DNA of 64,000 nt from Octopus sinensis. Its lineage: Eukaryota. Positions 38,646-52,501 of the stretch are shown piece after piece. Under the pieces are notes generated by a model that saw only the letters and a program-made list of their open reading frames with translations, was not told the origin of the DNA and did no database searches. Both the position numbers and the translations under genes were made by a program. Each line of letters opens with the position of its first letter. Positions within the stretch are counted from its first letter, which is position 1. The DNA is taken from NCBI RefSeq assembly GCF_006345805.1, contig NC_043011.1:30330464-30394463 (forward strand). The letters run 5' to 3'.

Positions 38646-39106
38646 GCAATTAAGGACAACTACTTAATAAGGAAAACTTAACAAGAAATTGTCAGGTAGA
38701 TAGCGTAAAAACCTCATAAGAGAAAAAAATTTCGAATAATTATTTCTTATTGAACATATTAATTTATATATAGAGGGCATTATACATACATGCCAGAAGG
38801 CATTATACATACATGCCAAACGCTAAGAGGGACAATCAGTCATTTCTACCAAAAATATTACTAATCCCACCGAATGCAATTTTTCAAAGTAAGACATTTA
38901 AAAATATAGACCTGTATCACAGTGATTTCATACTTACGTAATCATCAGCAGGCCTGAATGTATTATAAATAAACAACGACCCTGCCCCGCTTAAGCATTC
39001 GGTGGGATTAGTAATATTTTTGGTAGAAATGACTGATTGTCCCTCTTAGCGTTTGGCATGTATGTATAATGCCTTCTGGCATGTATATAATGCCCTCTAT
39101 ATATAA
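38642..39106 (-). mobile_element. Penelope-like non-coding element with ~112-bp inverted arms enclosing a hammerhead motif, in (TA)n
   Basis: 38766-38877 is the near-perfect reverse complement of 38995-39106; hammerhead in the spacer. Confidence 0.65.
38909..38954 (-). ncRNA. Minimal type I hammerhead ribozyme candidate
   Basis: GGCCUG-CUGAUGA-U-UAC-GUAA-GUA-U-GAAA-UCAC-U-GUGA-U-A-CAGGUC: 6-bp stem I, GNRA-capped stem II, near-palindromic stem III, AUA cleavage triplet. Confidence 0.75.
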
Positions 39107-39125
39107 TATATATATATATATATTA

Positions 39126-39691
39126 TACTTGCGTCGGAAATTAATTAGCACTTCTCAAATTTCTACATTTTCTTACATTTTCTTAATTTAATTAACTTAT
39201 TATCAGAAACGACTCGTTTTTAATCAAAAATTTATTAAAACATATCCCAACACACCACATAATTGTTATTAATCGTGAAATTTAGTCAATATCTTGTTGC
39301 ACCTCCTTTGGCAGCAATGACAGCTGCTACGCGGGTCGGCATGTTGTCTATGAGTGCCTGCAGGTACTGTGCAGGGATGGCCCCTCATGCAGCAAGAAGT
39401 GCCCCAAACAGCTCGTGTCGGTTCCTGTATTGCTGCACATTCAAATCCCTACTCAATCGACTCCAGAGGTTCTCAATAGGGTTCAGGTCAGGTGACTGGC
39501 CAGCACGTACTCCTCGCCACCAAAGAGGTATCCCGTACTATCTCAACGTACTTTGCTGCGTTGATGTTGCCTTCGACGGCATAGAGCCGCCCAACACCAC
39601 TGTAGCTGAACGCCCCTCACACCATCAGACCACTTCCACCATGCTTCATGGAGAGCAAATCAAGGGTGCTAATTAATTTCTGACGGTAGTG
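39126..39691 (-). mobile_element. Internally deleted Tc1-like transposon
   Basis: TIR CACTACCGTCAGAAATTAATTAGCAC, TA duplication; minus strand encodes SPDLNPIENLW and KHGGSGLMV-G motifs. Confidence 0.85.
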
Positions 39692-40123
39692 TATATATAT
39701 ATATATATATTCAAGTCCGGATCTAAAGTTAAATTGGGAGGGCCCATGGCACTTCAAGTTCAGTGGACCCCTTATACACAAAAATTGAAATCGATGAAAA
39801 ATTTACATCTGAAAACTCGCCAATCGTATCTAATTGAAATAGAGCAGGTAGTAGACAGAAAGTTTAAATGCATTTGTTAATGCAAAATGTTGCCATCTAA
39901 ACGAATTACGGTAAGTTTTACCAGTATACTTCTTGTGACCCCCTTCAGTCATGAATGGCCATGGGATTGCACCCAGAAAGTTACCCTCCGAGGCACAAGT
40001 CTAGGCTAGGTTGAGAGGGGAGGCTGGCCCACGCATACCAGCCTCCCCTCTCCACGCCACCAATGTTATCCAAGGGAAAGTCAAACGCCGATACAGCTTG
40101 GCACCAGTGACGTCGCAGCTCAT

Positions 40124-40437
40124 TTATTAACGTGCAAGTGGCTGAGCACTCCACAGACACGTGTACCCTTAACGTAGTTCTCGGGGAGATTCAGCGTGAC
40201 ACAGAGTGTGACAAGGCTGGCCCTTTGAAATACAGGTACAACAGAAACAGGAAGAAAGAGTGAGAGAAAGTTGTGGTGAAAGAGTACAGCAGGGTTCACC
40301 CCCTCTCCTTCCGGAGCTTCGTGGAGCTTAAGGTGTTTTCGCTCAATAAACACTCACAATGCCCGGTCTAGGAATCGAAAACGCGATCCTATCACCGCGA
40401 GTCCGCTGCCCTAACCACCGGGCCATTACGCCTCCAC
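40124..40437 (-). mobile_element. SINE (head H1 + truncated T1) abutting a different repeat tail (39935-40123)
   Basis: Matches 8215-8531. Confidence 0.85.
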
Positions 40438-41251
40438 ACTGTATTCTACTACTATACATACAAAAAGGTTTCTTTTTCTGCATTTCGTATCTGAAAAGGT
40501 TTTCAGGATTTCCTCGAACCATATCGTTTTTAGAACACTGCTTTTTACATTCAAAACGTACTGGGTACTTAGTCTTTCATATGTTATTGTGGTTTACAGA
40601 TAATTCTCTATCAGACTCGATATAAAAGCTTCAGTAAAATGATAGGTTTGAATAGGAATTGTGTATTTCATGGATGCCTCTAAATTTCAAGCAACCATGT
40701 AACGATATTTGGGCTAATAAGCGTCTGAAGATATAACTGTTTGAATCATTTTGTGAAGGAAGAAGGTGCTTCGGATTGCAATTAGGATGTGCTGTTGTTA
40801 GTGACGTCCTTGAATTTATTTTTATGCTTCGACGTTTTTTTTTCAGATTATTTTTTTAATCCAACAGGGATTAATCGTAGAAGACATCCACTGAAATTAC
40901 AACTAATGTTCAACTGAGATAGCTAAAAATTTGTGGCTAAAGTAAAATTGAAAAATAAAATGGAAGACTCGCAACGGCAACAGTGACAGATACTAAATCA
41001 CTATCATCAATGAAATTTTTTTGCGAATGTAACACGAAAATAAAAACAATAAATTGGTTGGTTGACGACGATGAAACATATGGAAAAAAAAAGGAAAGAA
41101 AAGGAGAGGTTTAATGGAAACAAGAATTTGGACAAGTGGGATTCTAAAGTTGAAAGAAAGAAAAACTGTTTTCATGTGTGGAGTGATGTTACGCGAAAAA
41201 GATAATTTTATAATTAAAACAGGAAATTAAAAATTAACATTTTGGAACCTT

Positions 41252-41282
<31 letters not shown>

Positions 41283-41556
41283 TGTTTTTTTTTGAAAATA
41301 TGACAAGCGAACTGAATAATGAACTTTTGAGAGTGACAATATATCCGTATGCGTGAGTGTGTGTGCGTGCGTGCGTGTGTGTGTGTGTGTGCGTGCGTGC
41401 GTAAGTGTGTGTGCGTGCATGCGTGCGTATGCGTGCGCGTGTGGGTATGTGCGTGTTTTAATCGCAGGGGAAAAAGTTTGAAATTGAGGGATCATCGTAA
41501 GATCAAACAACTTCTGTCTGTCTGTCTGTCTGTCTGTCTCCCTCTCTATCTATCTA

Positions 41557-41617
<61 letters not shown>

Positions 41618-41699
41618 GTGCGTGTATCTATCTATCTACCTTTATATATATGGATGCATAGAAGTACTGACTATTTTTCAGAAAGCTTTCGTTTTTGGC

Positions 41700-42720
41700 T
41701 CGGTCTATTCTTTATTATGTGTACGATCTCTGTAATCTGTCTGAGTGTCGTGTCTGTTCTACGTGCCGATAAAATCCTAACATCTATGTTATCTATCGAG
41801 CCCCACACCCATGTTTTAGTTTAACATATCTAATATAATACTGACAAACTTTTCTCCTCGAGTTCCCACCAGCGTTCACTTTTCTTCTTCACCATCCACT
41901 CGGCCATTGAATAACTCGAGAAGGAACATTTTTGAACTTTTTGGGATTGTTATTCTTTTATAATAACCTTGAGATTTTCTTTAGTTCATTCAACTAGACA
42001 ACACAAAACTTCAGTAAAATGTCTTTCATATCATATTCTAACATAGTTTTTCCTATTTCCTATTTTATATGGATTCTGTCCCTCGAATGTCAGAGACATG
42101 GACATCTCATCCAGGTTTCTAACTTGATTCAGTTCAAATCCATGCCACTTCCATAATTTTATTATAAAGCAATGAAACTGCACGATCTGATATAGAGCTA
42201 AAGTGCTTTCCAAAGAATCTCTGGTCCCACCCATATAAAAAAAAAAATTTATCCGAATGAATAACTAACTATATTTTTTGTAACATTTGCTTGTAGAGAT
42301 GGAATCTTTGTCTTCTCAATTCATTATTCTCTTCAGTAAACATTACAATTAAATCGATAGTAAAGTCGAATATTAATAATTTGTGAACAGAACCGTGTTC
42401 TTACAAAATAACCATATTTCCCCTTGTCATCCACTCAGTCAGTCAATTATTTTTACAGTTCCAAACAGCGAACCGGCTTTCTCCTTAGAGATTGTTTACA
42501 ATTTGATATTTTACTGTCTTATTCTTTCTCCATTGTTGTTCTCAACAGCATAAAATGTTGTTGCTGTTGTATCTTTAAAAAGGAATTCAAGTTTAAATTT
42601 TGAACTCAAAGCAATACATCTCATTTTCACATCCGTATTTGTATTACGAGGGTATGCACTGAACACTTCTTTAATCAAGTAACACACGTCAGTAATGCAG
42701 TTTTTCATAATTTAAACTAT
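41700..42720 (-). pseudogene. Degraded pogo-family transposase remnant
   Basis: HCFIIKLWKWHGFELNQVRNLDEMSMSL resembles the pogo IGNMDETP region; N-terminal SSKFKL...YAVENNN. Confidence 0.55.
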
Positions 42721-42737
42721 CATCTTTAATTCAAATA

Positions 42738-43253
42738 TCGTAAATCTTCGAGTATAGTCCGCCCTTGAGTATAATACACAGGGGATTTTTAGGGGGCTGT
42801 ACCTCTGAAAAACCTAAACCTTGTGTATAATACGCACTCCTTCTCTAACTTGAGTCGTGCGCAATTAAGCCAGCAGCACCTAGTCGAACAAACACTTCCG
42901 CGCATGCATAATACAATAATGGTGATGTTCTTAACTGGGAATGTAAATATGTTTGCAAATTGTTTTTGTTACATGTTATTCTGTGTTCTGAATACTTTTA
43001 TTTTAATAAATGTTGCTTACTGCAAGTTATGGATGATTCTTTTAAGACTTCATTGCTTTCAGGTTTATCTGAAGCTATTTTCGCGGCCGACATCACAAAA
43101 TGCGTCTGCATAAACATTGCCGGACAGCAAATAGAGACTCGGACATTGCTTAGAAAATAATTTTCATTTTTAACCCTCGTATATAGCACGCACTAGGGAT
43201 TTTGACCTTTTAATTCTGGGAAAAAAATGCGGATTATACTCGAGGATTTACGG
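42738..43253. mobile_element. pogo/Tigger-like MITE
   Basis: TIR CCGTAAATCCTCGAGTATAATCCGC at both ends, TA duplication. Confidence 0.85.
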
Positions 43254-43615
43254 TAACCACTTTCAACAATTAACTTTATAAGCACACAACCACCAGCGTG
43301 CTAACAGAAATAACAGTTGCCTTTGGCTGTACTCGTTAAACCCACGGCCTACACAATGTTACAAAGCTGCAAATAATACAGTAGGTCTACTCAATGATGA
43401 TTTACTTGTGGTTACACAACAGTCCTTCACCTTCTTAAAAGTCACAGAACAGGTTTTCGAACGTCAGAAGAAACATAAAACAAATACTGTACTGAAGAAA
43501 AGAGAGAACGAGTTGATCACCGTTGGGATGCCTTTGACCATAGAGCTGATTCCGATCGAGCAATAATGACTTGAGTTTATGTCAAGTCATAGTCACATGA
43601 AAAGAAAACATTAAG

Positions 43616-44243
<628 letters not shown>

Positions 44244-45116
44244 GTAACTACTAATTGATAATGCTTGAAAAGTTTCAAAGTCTAAACTATGTAAAAGCTA
44301 AAAACGGAAATTACATACAATTTAAGGCAATTTATTTTAAACGAAAAAAGTTTTCAAATAAATGGGCGTACTACACCTTCTACTCCGTATCTGCTCATCC
44401 ACTGAAAACAAAATCTAATCGAAGCAAAACAAAAATGAGGCAAAACAAGTGTACAATTTTAAAAATCTGTGAATGAAATTCTTACATTAGGCTTGAAGGT
44501 TCTCGATTTATTTTATACCAGCTTTGCAAATATATTTCCTGCTATGAAGCCTGGAAGCTTTAAAGTTTTGTATTCGTCAAAATCTGGAAATGTTGCATCC
44601 AAAGATGCCACACATACGGACACACACACTTACACACACACACAAGCACACACACTCATACAAGCACACACACTCACACACACAAGCACTCGCACACACA
44701 TACACTCACACATACACAAAAGTATATACATACATTATCACAGAGACACACATGCAGACGAAAGTAGACACAGACACATACAAAGGTGCACACAGACACA
44801 CATATAAACATGCACGTGCACGTATGCACCGGCAGGCACTTACGCAGGTTTCTTGTTTTCCTTTTTACTTCTTCCTTTAGTTTGTTTTAGCCGTAATGGG
44901 TACGACCATACTGGAGCACTGCCTCAACACACATACGTACATACATGCATTCATATGTACATTCACACGCATATAAATGAATACATAACGACACACCCTT
45001 GTTTATTGCTCTATATACATATATATGTGCGCGCGTGTGTGTGTTTAAATATCCATACACATGCACAAATGTGTGTATATACATATATATACATGCATAC
45101 GTATATATAAAAAAAG

Positions 45117-45149
<33 letters not shown>

Positions 45150-45173
45150 ATATATATATATAATATATATATA

Positions 45174-45229
<56 letters not shown>

Positions 45230-45249
45230 TATTTATTTTATTTTTTAAA

Positions 45250-46210
45250 ATTTTATCTAGTTTCAGCTCGAGCTGTGGCCATGCTGGGGCACCGCCATTT
45301 GGTGTTGCTACATGATTTTACTTCACGAATGCTTTTTAGCAACTGCCATTTGGTGCATGAGAGAGTTCGATGCAGCTGCCCTCATCTGCACCTCCTGCCG
45401 TGAAGTTGGTTCGTCCGGAACACCTGACAGGAAGAGATCCAGTCCTACTTTAAAGACATCCGCATCCACCCCATGCAGGTCCCTCAGGTTCTTCGGGAGG
45501 ATATTGAAGAGCTGTGGGCCTCTGAAGCCAAGGCTATCACAGTATCTTGTCCTACATCTTGATGGCAAATTTGGAGTCCTTGGCACCACGCGGTGGCGCC
45601 GAGTTCTGGCATTTGTGTAACTCTCGATGCCAAAGTTTGGGACAAGTCCTTCCAGGATATTCCAGATGTATATTATGGCATATCTTTCTCGCCTACGCTC
45701 CAAGGAATAGAGTTTTAATCTCTTGAGTCTTTCCCAGTAGCCTATATGCTGCACAGAGGCTCTCTTCGTGTAGCTTCGTTGGATCGCCTCAAGTTCTGTG
45801 ATTAACTTGACACTGGATGGTGACCATAGCTGAGAGCAATAGTCAAAGTGGCTTAGGACAAGTGTCCTCCAGAGGACCATCAAAGTTTCTTGGTCTCTTG
45901 TTCTAAAGGTTCTAAGAATCCATCCGGCCAGCCGTCTACATTTCATTGCCAATTTAGCAACATGTACATGAAAGGTTGCGTCATCACTCATGTAAATACC
46001 CAGGTCACACACTGATTGTGCCTCTGGGACTGCAATCCCTCCGGGTCCAGTGTATTAATTGGGTATTGCATTTAGTTTTGCATGCTGATAGTATAAAGCT
46101 TGAAACTTTTCAGCATTGAACTGCATGCTATTCTTTTCAGCCCACTTGTATATTTTATCCAGCTCACATTGCAGGTGCTTAGTGTCTTCAGGGTTCTGTA
46201 TTGCGTGTGA
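45250..46210 (-). mobile_element. 5'-truncated CR1-clade LINE (RT thumb/C-terminus, ORF 45323-46012, plus 3' tail)
   Basis: DLGIY, ILRTFRTRD, HFDYCSQLWSP, LEAIQR, YWERLKRLKLYSLERRRER motifs. Confidence 0.88.
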
Positions 46211-46212
46211 AA

Positions 46213-46297
<85 letters not shown>

Positions 46298-46844
46298 GTG
46301 CGTGTGTGTGTCTGTTTAAATTCATACACATGCACAAATGTGTGTATATACATATATATACATGCATAAATATATATATATATGTTTTTATGTATCTCCT
46401 GACGCCTATTAATAATAATACTGTAATTGTTCCTGTTGTTGCTGTTTTTTGTTTCCCTTTGGCTTAAAATTAGATAATAATATATATATATATATATATG
46501 TATCTATATGTATATAATATATATGTGTGTGTGCCTTTATACATATATACACACATAAACGGATGCATGTAAACACACCTTTGTTTATTGGTCTATGGGA
46601 ATACGTATATGTAAGTGTGTGTGCATACACACACACACACACACATATAAGTACACATGCACACGTACAGACCAATATGCAAGTGTGGGTTCGTGTGTAT
46701 CCATTCCAAAGCCAACAGGCGGTTCTGTTCACAAATTACCAATATTTAACAACACTGTTGATTTAATTGCAATGTTTACTGAAGGGAATAATGAGTTGAG
46801 AAGACCAAGATTCCGTCTTTGGCATCTTCCATTAGGAATCATGC

Positions 46845-47217
46845 TCTTGTTGTTGCTGTTGTTATTGTTGTTGCTGTTGTTGTCGTCGTCGCTGTTGCTG
46901 TGATAGTGGTGGTGGTGTTGCTACCGCTGCTGCTCCTGATGATGATTAGTGTGGGAGCTGTCATGGTGATGGTGGTGGTGGTGGTGGTGGTGGTGCGGTG
47001 GATATCTGTGTTGTTCCAAGGATCACCATTACCATCTTCCACACATTCCGTCACTTTTTCGGCATTCTCCTCCTCCTCCTCCTCCCATTCGCCGTTGTCG
47101 TCTTCGACGTTGGCGTCGTCGTCGTTGTCGTTGTCGTCTTCGACGTTGGCGTCGTCGTCGTTGTCGTCATTGTTGTTGTCATCGTCATCATCATCCTCAT
47201 CGTCGTCGTTATCATCG

Positions 47218-47273
<56 letters not shown>

Positions 47274-47292
47274 GTCGTCGTCGTCATCATCA
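46845..47292. repeat. Compound GTT/GGT/TCG/TCA trinucleotide low-complexity tract
   Basis: Direct inspection; explains the poly-V/S ORF 46819-47487. Confidence 0.9.
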
Positions 47293-47539
47293 CTAATTGG
47301 CGTTGTTATTCCTTTAAAATTGCTAAATATAAACTACCACATACTTTTGAATCACTTTAATTTAGAAGACGTTTCTCTCTCTCCCTCTATGTATGTATGT
47401 ATGTATGTATGTATGTATGTATTGTATGTATGTATGTATGTATGTATGTATGTATGTATGTATGTCTCTATCTATCTATCTATTTAAGTATACGTATACT
47501 TACACTCACATAAATACATATATCCTATACATAGATTTG

Positions 47540-48720
47540 TTTTGTCTGGAGCACTGAGCATTGCCAATGGGATTTTGTAGACTCTCCAAGACCGGTGAGA
47601 TTGATGCTGCTAACATTCCACTTATATATTGCATGTCGACGACTGCAATAAAGACTTGCACGGAGAGAGGATTCCAGAAGGACAATTTTCTGGAGAGAAA
47701 TGACTGGGTGTTTTGATTTGTGTGGGTTGATGGAAGACTGGAGATAATATAGGTTATCATAACAGGTGCGATGGATGAATCGATAATGTCTGAATGGTGG
47801 TGGCGCGAGACTAGCCTGTTCCTAGGGACAGAAAATATTGCCGTGGTGGTTGAAAAGGCCGAAAGAGGACAAACCAGTCTGAACAGCAAAAGTTTGAAGT
47901 GTGTAATTGACTTCATCCATATCAGCCGATCAGCCGAGTGTTCTTTCACTGGATTTAGTCGAGGATATCCGTGAAAGTAGCAATAGCAATCCTCACGCAG
48001 ATGTGGGAGCAATGCTCCACTGAGGGTCTCACCCGAGCTCTGTAGAGGGTTGGTCGTTAGAGGAGAATGAAGTATTTTCTGGCGTTGAAGAAAAAAAAAA
48101 GAACCTAGTCTTTAAGACACAGGCTTTACTTCGTTAAGGATATATATCCTCCACAAAGGATCTTTATTGAAGCGAAGTGAATCATTTTAAAGCAATCACA
48201 GGGGTTCTGGTTTCGTACGACTCATCTTTATGAGTGTCTGGTGAGGCAATATTTTCTTGCTGTATTCCTTAGTTGTGTATGTTTTCATTGAAAGGGACAT
48301 TAAAACAGCATTAACTGTAGGATTTAGGGCAAGGTGTTGTGTAAAAGATTCTCAGATGTGGAAAGTTAGGGGGGGAATAAGTGAGATATTATCTGCATGG
48401 GAGTGAGCATTGTTGAAGGTGGCGTCAAGTAAATGGTTGATGTGTAGAATAAAACCAAACCCTAAGAAACACCTAAGTTGATAGAATGTGGATCAGAGAA
48501 AGCTCAATATGTACACGCTACAATAGTGCAATCTGTTTGGAAGCTACAGATCCAAGAAAAGGGACAGAGGTGGAGCTAAGCAGGTAATTAGGAGGAAGAC
48601 ATTCGCCTTCTTGGTCACGCTCGGTCGAAGCTTTATTCATGTCGATTGCAACACCATGACTTTCATCAGATATTTCAAGCGCGAGAGCACTGCAGAGTGG
48701 GGCATACGAGAATAGATGAC
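47540..48720 (-). pseudogene. Very degraded APE/RT-type LINE remnant (Jockey/CR1 group)
   Basis: ALEISDESHGVAIDMNKA resembles the RT xxLDxxKAFD region; C-terminal YCYFHG; numerous disablements. Confidence 0.45.
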
Positions 48721-48734
48721 CATCAAGTGCAGGC

Positions 48735-48939
48735 GGGGCTATGCGGTAAGAAGTTTACTTGCCAGCCATATGGTTCCAGGTTCAGTCCCTTTGCGCAGCA
48801 CCTTGGGTAGGAATCTTCGACTATAACCTTGTGCCGACCAAAGCCTTATGAGTAGACTTGGTAGAAGGAAACTGAAAAAAGCTCGTCGTATATATTATAA
48901 TATATATAGATATATATATATAATATATATATATATATA

Positions 48940-48981
<42 letters not shown>

Positions 48982-49085
48982 ATGCGTGTGTGTCTTTGTT
49001 TGTCCTCCACCATTGCTTGACAACCGGTGTTGCAATGTTTAAGTCCCCGTAATTTACCGGTTTGGACAAAGATCAGGCTTTACAT
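48735..49085 (+). mobile_element. CORE-type SINE, 3'-interrupted
   Basis: CACCTTGGG core, CCGACCAAAGCCTT, internal TA/TG microsatellite. Confidence 0.8.
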
Positions 49086-49091
49086 ATACAA

Positions 49092-49128
<37 letters not shown>

Positions 49129-49179
49129 CAACAACAACAACAACAATAATAATGATAATATAAATAATAACAATAATAG

Positions 49180-49487
49180 AAAACTGTAAAACTTGGAATA
49201 TGAAAACTGTAAAGTTGGAATATGAAAAATATAAAGATTTTGCCTATACTGATTAGTGCATTGGGAACTGTAAGCAAACATATAGACAAATTGCTGAAGG
49301 AGATTGGAATAGAACGTCCTGCAGAGCTTCTACAGAAAGTTTGTGGCTTAGAGACAGGAAAAATTATCAGAAGGATCTTCAGCATTTGAAAGACTGTTGA
49401 AAGTTAGTGGATATATAAGGTCACAAGTAGTAACCCGCTACTCACATAAATCCTACCAGGAGTAAAACCGAACGTGAGTCAAATCAA
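49180..49487 (+). mobile_element. 3' end of a further R4/Dong-type LINE family in (TAA)n
   Basis: WNMKNIKILPILISALGTVSK...LLQKVCGLETGKIIRRIF; TAA tracts on both sides. Confidence 0.75.
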
Positions 49488-49493
49488 TAATAA

Positions 49494-49850
49494 CAAGAGC
49501 ACTCAGGGAGGGAAAACCTCCGCCAAGGCAACGCCAACGTCCTCTCTACGATTAGCCAGAGATGATTTTAAAAATGAGAATGTCTGAAATAAACGAGAAT
49601 GCAAAAAATGAACCCGACCGCCCCTAAAAATTAAGTATATAACACAGGAAAAAATAATCCAGAATCCTTGTCCAGTATCGGATTGATGCCGAAATCTAAT
49701 AAGTTCGTGCCAGTCACGAGGCCAAACATCCCTGAAAGTTTCATCCGAATCATCAAGCGGTTCTTGAGATATCTTGTCCATGGACAAACAAGCAGACAAA
49801 CAAACACGACTGAAAACAATAGCTCTACCTTCGCTAAGGCGGAGGTAATA
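49494..49850 (-). mobile_element. Helentron-associated non-autonomous element (HINE/DINE-1-like)
   Basis: Subterminal inverted repeats ACCTCCGCC / GGCGGAGGT, GTTT/GTCT short repeats near one end, T-rich insertion context. Confidence 0.6.
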
Positions 49851-50121
49851 ATAATGATAATGCTTGCAGGTACTGGGACAGTTTCATTTGACTAAATTCT
49901 TAAGGGTGCTGCACGACCATGGCCGCAGTCTAATGACTGAAACAGTTAAAATATAAAAGATAAATTACACCTAGGTTTACGAAAGCTTTACTGATGGATA
50001 TTAAAAAGGGAGCAATATCCAAAGTGTTGGAGAAGGTTGTGGTTAATGGTTTTCTACATGACACTTGAAATTTTGTGAAGTAAATGCAAGAGAAGGAAGT
50101 TTGAAAGATCGTTGGTGTATT

Positions 50122-50184
<63 letters not shown>

Positions 50185-50340
50185 GTGTGGTAAGGGGCAT
50201 ATATGTATGTATTGTATGGATGTACTTGTATACATACGCTGCACCTTCTACATAGTAGTGTCTTCTGCTATAGGTCGAGCCGATCAAAGCCTTGTGAGTG
50301 AATTTGCTAGAAAGATATTGAAAGATGCATGTTTTATATA

Positions 50341-50397
<57 letters not shown>

Positions 50398-50499
50398 TTT
50401 GGTTCCTAATATATGGATAAAATGTATGTATGTACATATGTGTGTATGTATGTATATTATATTATGTGTGTCTGTTTTAGTATCTCTCTTTTTTTTAAA

Positions 50500-50587
<88 letters not shown>

Positions 50588-50792
50588 ATATAGATGTGGG
50601 GCGGTTAGCTCCCCTGTCGGTACATAGACTTGTACTTCTTTTCGTCTAAGTGGGGTTTTACCTCTTATTTCTAGTCAGCACCGTCAGTGACAATTGAACT
50701 CTTCCTTTTTGGTTTTATATATCTTATAGCCACCTTCGTTATCTTGTGTGTGTGGGTGTGCGTATGTGTGAGTGTGTGTGTGAGTGTGTATG

Positions 50793-50829
<37 letters not shown>

Positions 50830-51156
50830 ATCCTTTGCGTTATACGTATACATACAGTGGGTGAGAATGATCTAGTTCACCGGAAATTCAAGTATAAGAT
50901 GTCATTGACATCATATACTTATAATTAGCTTCAATATTTGTGTCTCAATCTATTTTCAACCTTTATAAATATTTTGTCATGTTTTCGTAATTTCATACAT
51001 TAGTAATAACACTGTTTCTAGTGTGGCATAGCACTATATTTACAAACTGATATTTGCACAGTGTTGCAGTGTTTTATTTAGCGTATTCAGAATACAACAC
51101 CCACTCTATGTATATATCATATCATATAATATATCATATTATATTATTTTATATCA

Positions 51157-51253
<97 letters not shown>

Positions 51254-52501
51254 CACTCCATCTATCTATCTATTTATCTTGCAATTCCTATTTATACGTA
51301 TATGTATACACGAATATATAGTTTGTAACGGTGAACTCGAAGTATATAAGGCTATGATTAATAGCGTGTTAATATTGGGTTAAAAATCCTTGAGGACAGA
51401 AAACTTCGAAGGCGTTTAACTCAAAATTTACTGATGTTATTGATAGCTTATTGATAACCTTATTGATAGATTTATCTACTTCGAGACCACCCGTTAAAAA
51501 TTATTTATTTCACGTTCTCCCCAAGTTTCTAAATTCTTATAATATAAATGTATATATTAATGAATGTACAATCTGGACATGCTCATGCACATAATTCTAC
51601 ATAACAGTTCAATTCACACAAAACGCATCATTATATTTTATGCAACAGAGACAAGGTTCAAAAGAGTCTTAGTTTTTGCATAACAGAAAAACAAGTCTAA
51701 GCGAATGGCTTCATGATATGAAATTTCCTTCTTTTTGTTTTTCCATTTTGAGCATCAACATAAAGATTGTTCATTGTTTCCTGTATGTGAATGCATAGCT
51801 ATGTGCACCTCAGCTAACCTTCACCGACTGACTTTCCTATCTGTTCATGAACATTGCAAAGCTTAGTCGTGTTAGATTCTATAGTAACTTGAATTGCAAC
51901 GTTATATTATGTGATATAGGCACGGCAGGGATTAGTAAAGTGATTGTGTTTTTTATTGCCACATACGGACGGTAGTATAGCCTCTATGATAAGGGCATAA
52001 GACTCGTAACAGCCAGTCCTGTCCCATTAAGCTTAGCATGAAGTGTATATACGCAGACGTGTAGATATGCTAATATACGTGTGCACATACATAGACAAGC
52101 ACACGCACACATTATACCGTCTTATTTGTGCCGACACAACCTGCTGTTTCAAACTTGTTAATGTATTATTAATTTTTATTTCATAGACAGTGTATTGTTG
52201 GTTTGTCTGAGGGTGGACTTAGCCAGCATGAGATTGCAGAAATCCTTGGGATTCCTCTCGCTACAATGTGTGCGTGCATATGTCTAAATACATACATAGA
52301 TGCAAGCACACACAAAATTCACACAGCGACACAAACATCACAGGCATACACACACATACACATATATATATCTGAAGACTCTCGAATCAAAGATACAGGT
52401 GACCAGAAATCCAAAGAGGACTCAATACAAGTCAAAGGTAGAGGAATTAACGAATGAAGAGATACTTTGCTACACAACAAATCTGTAATATATATATATA
52501 T

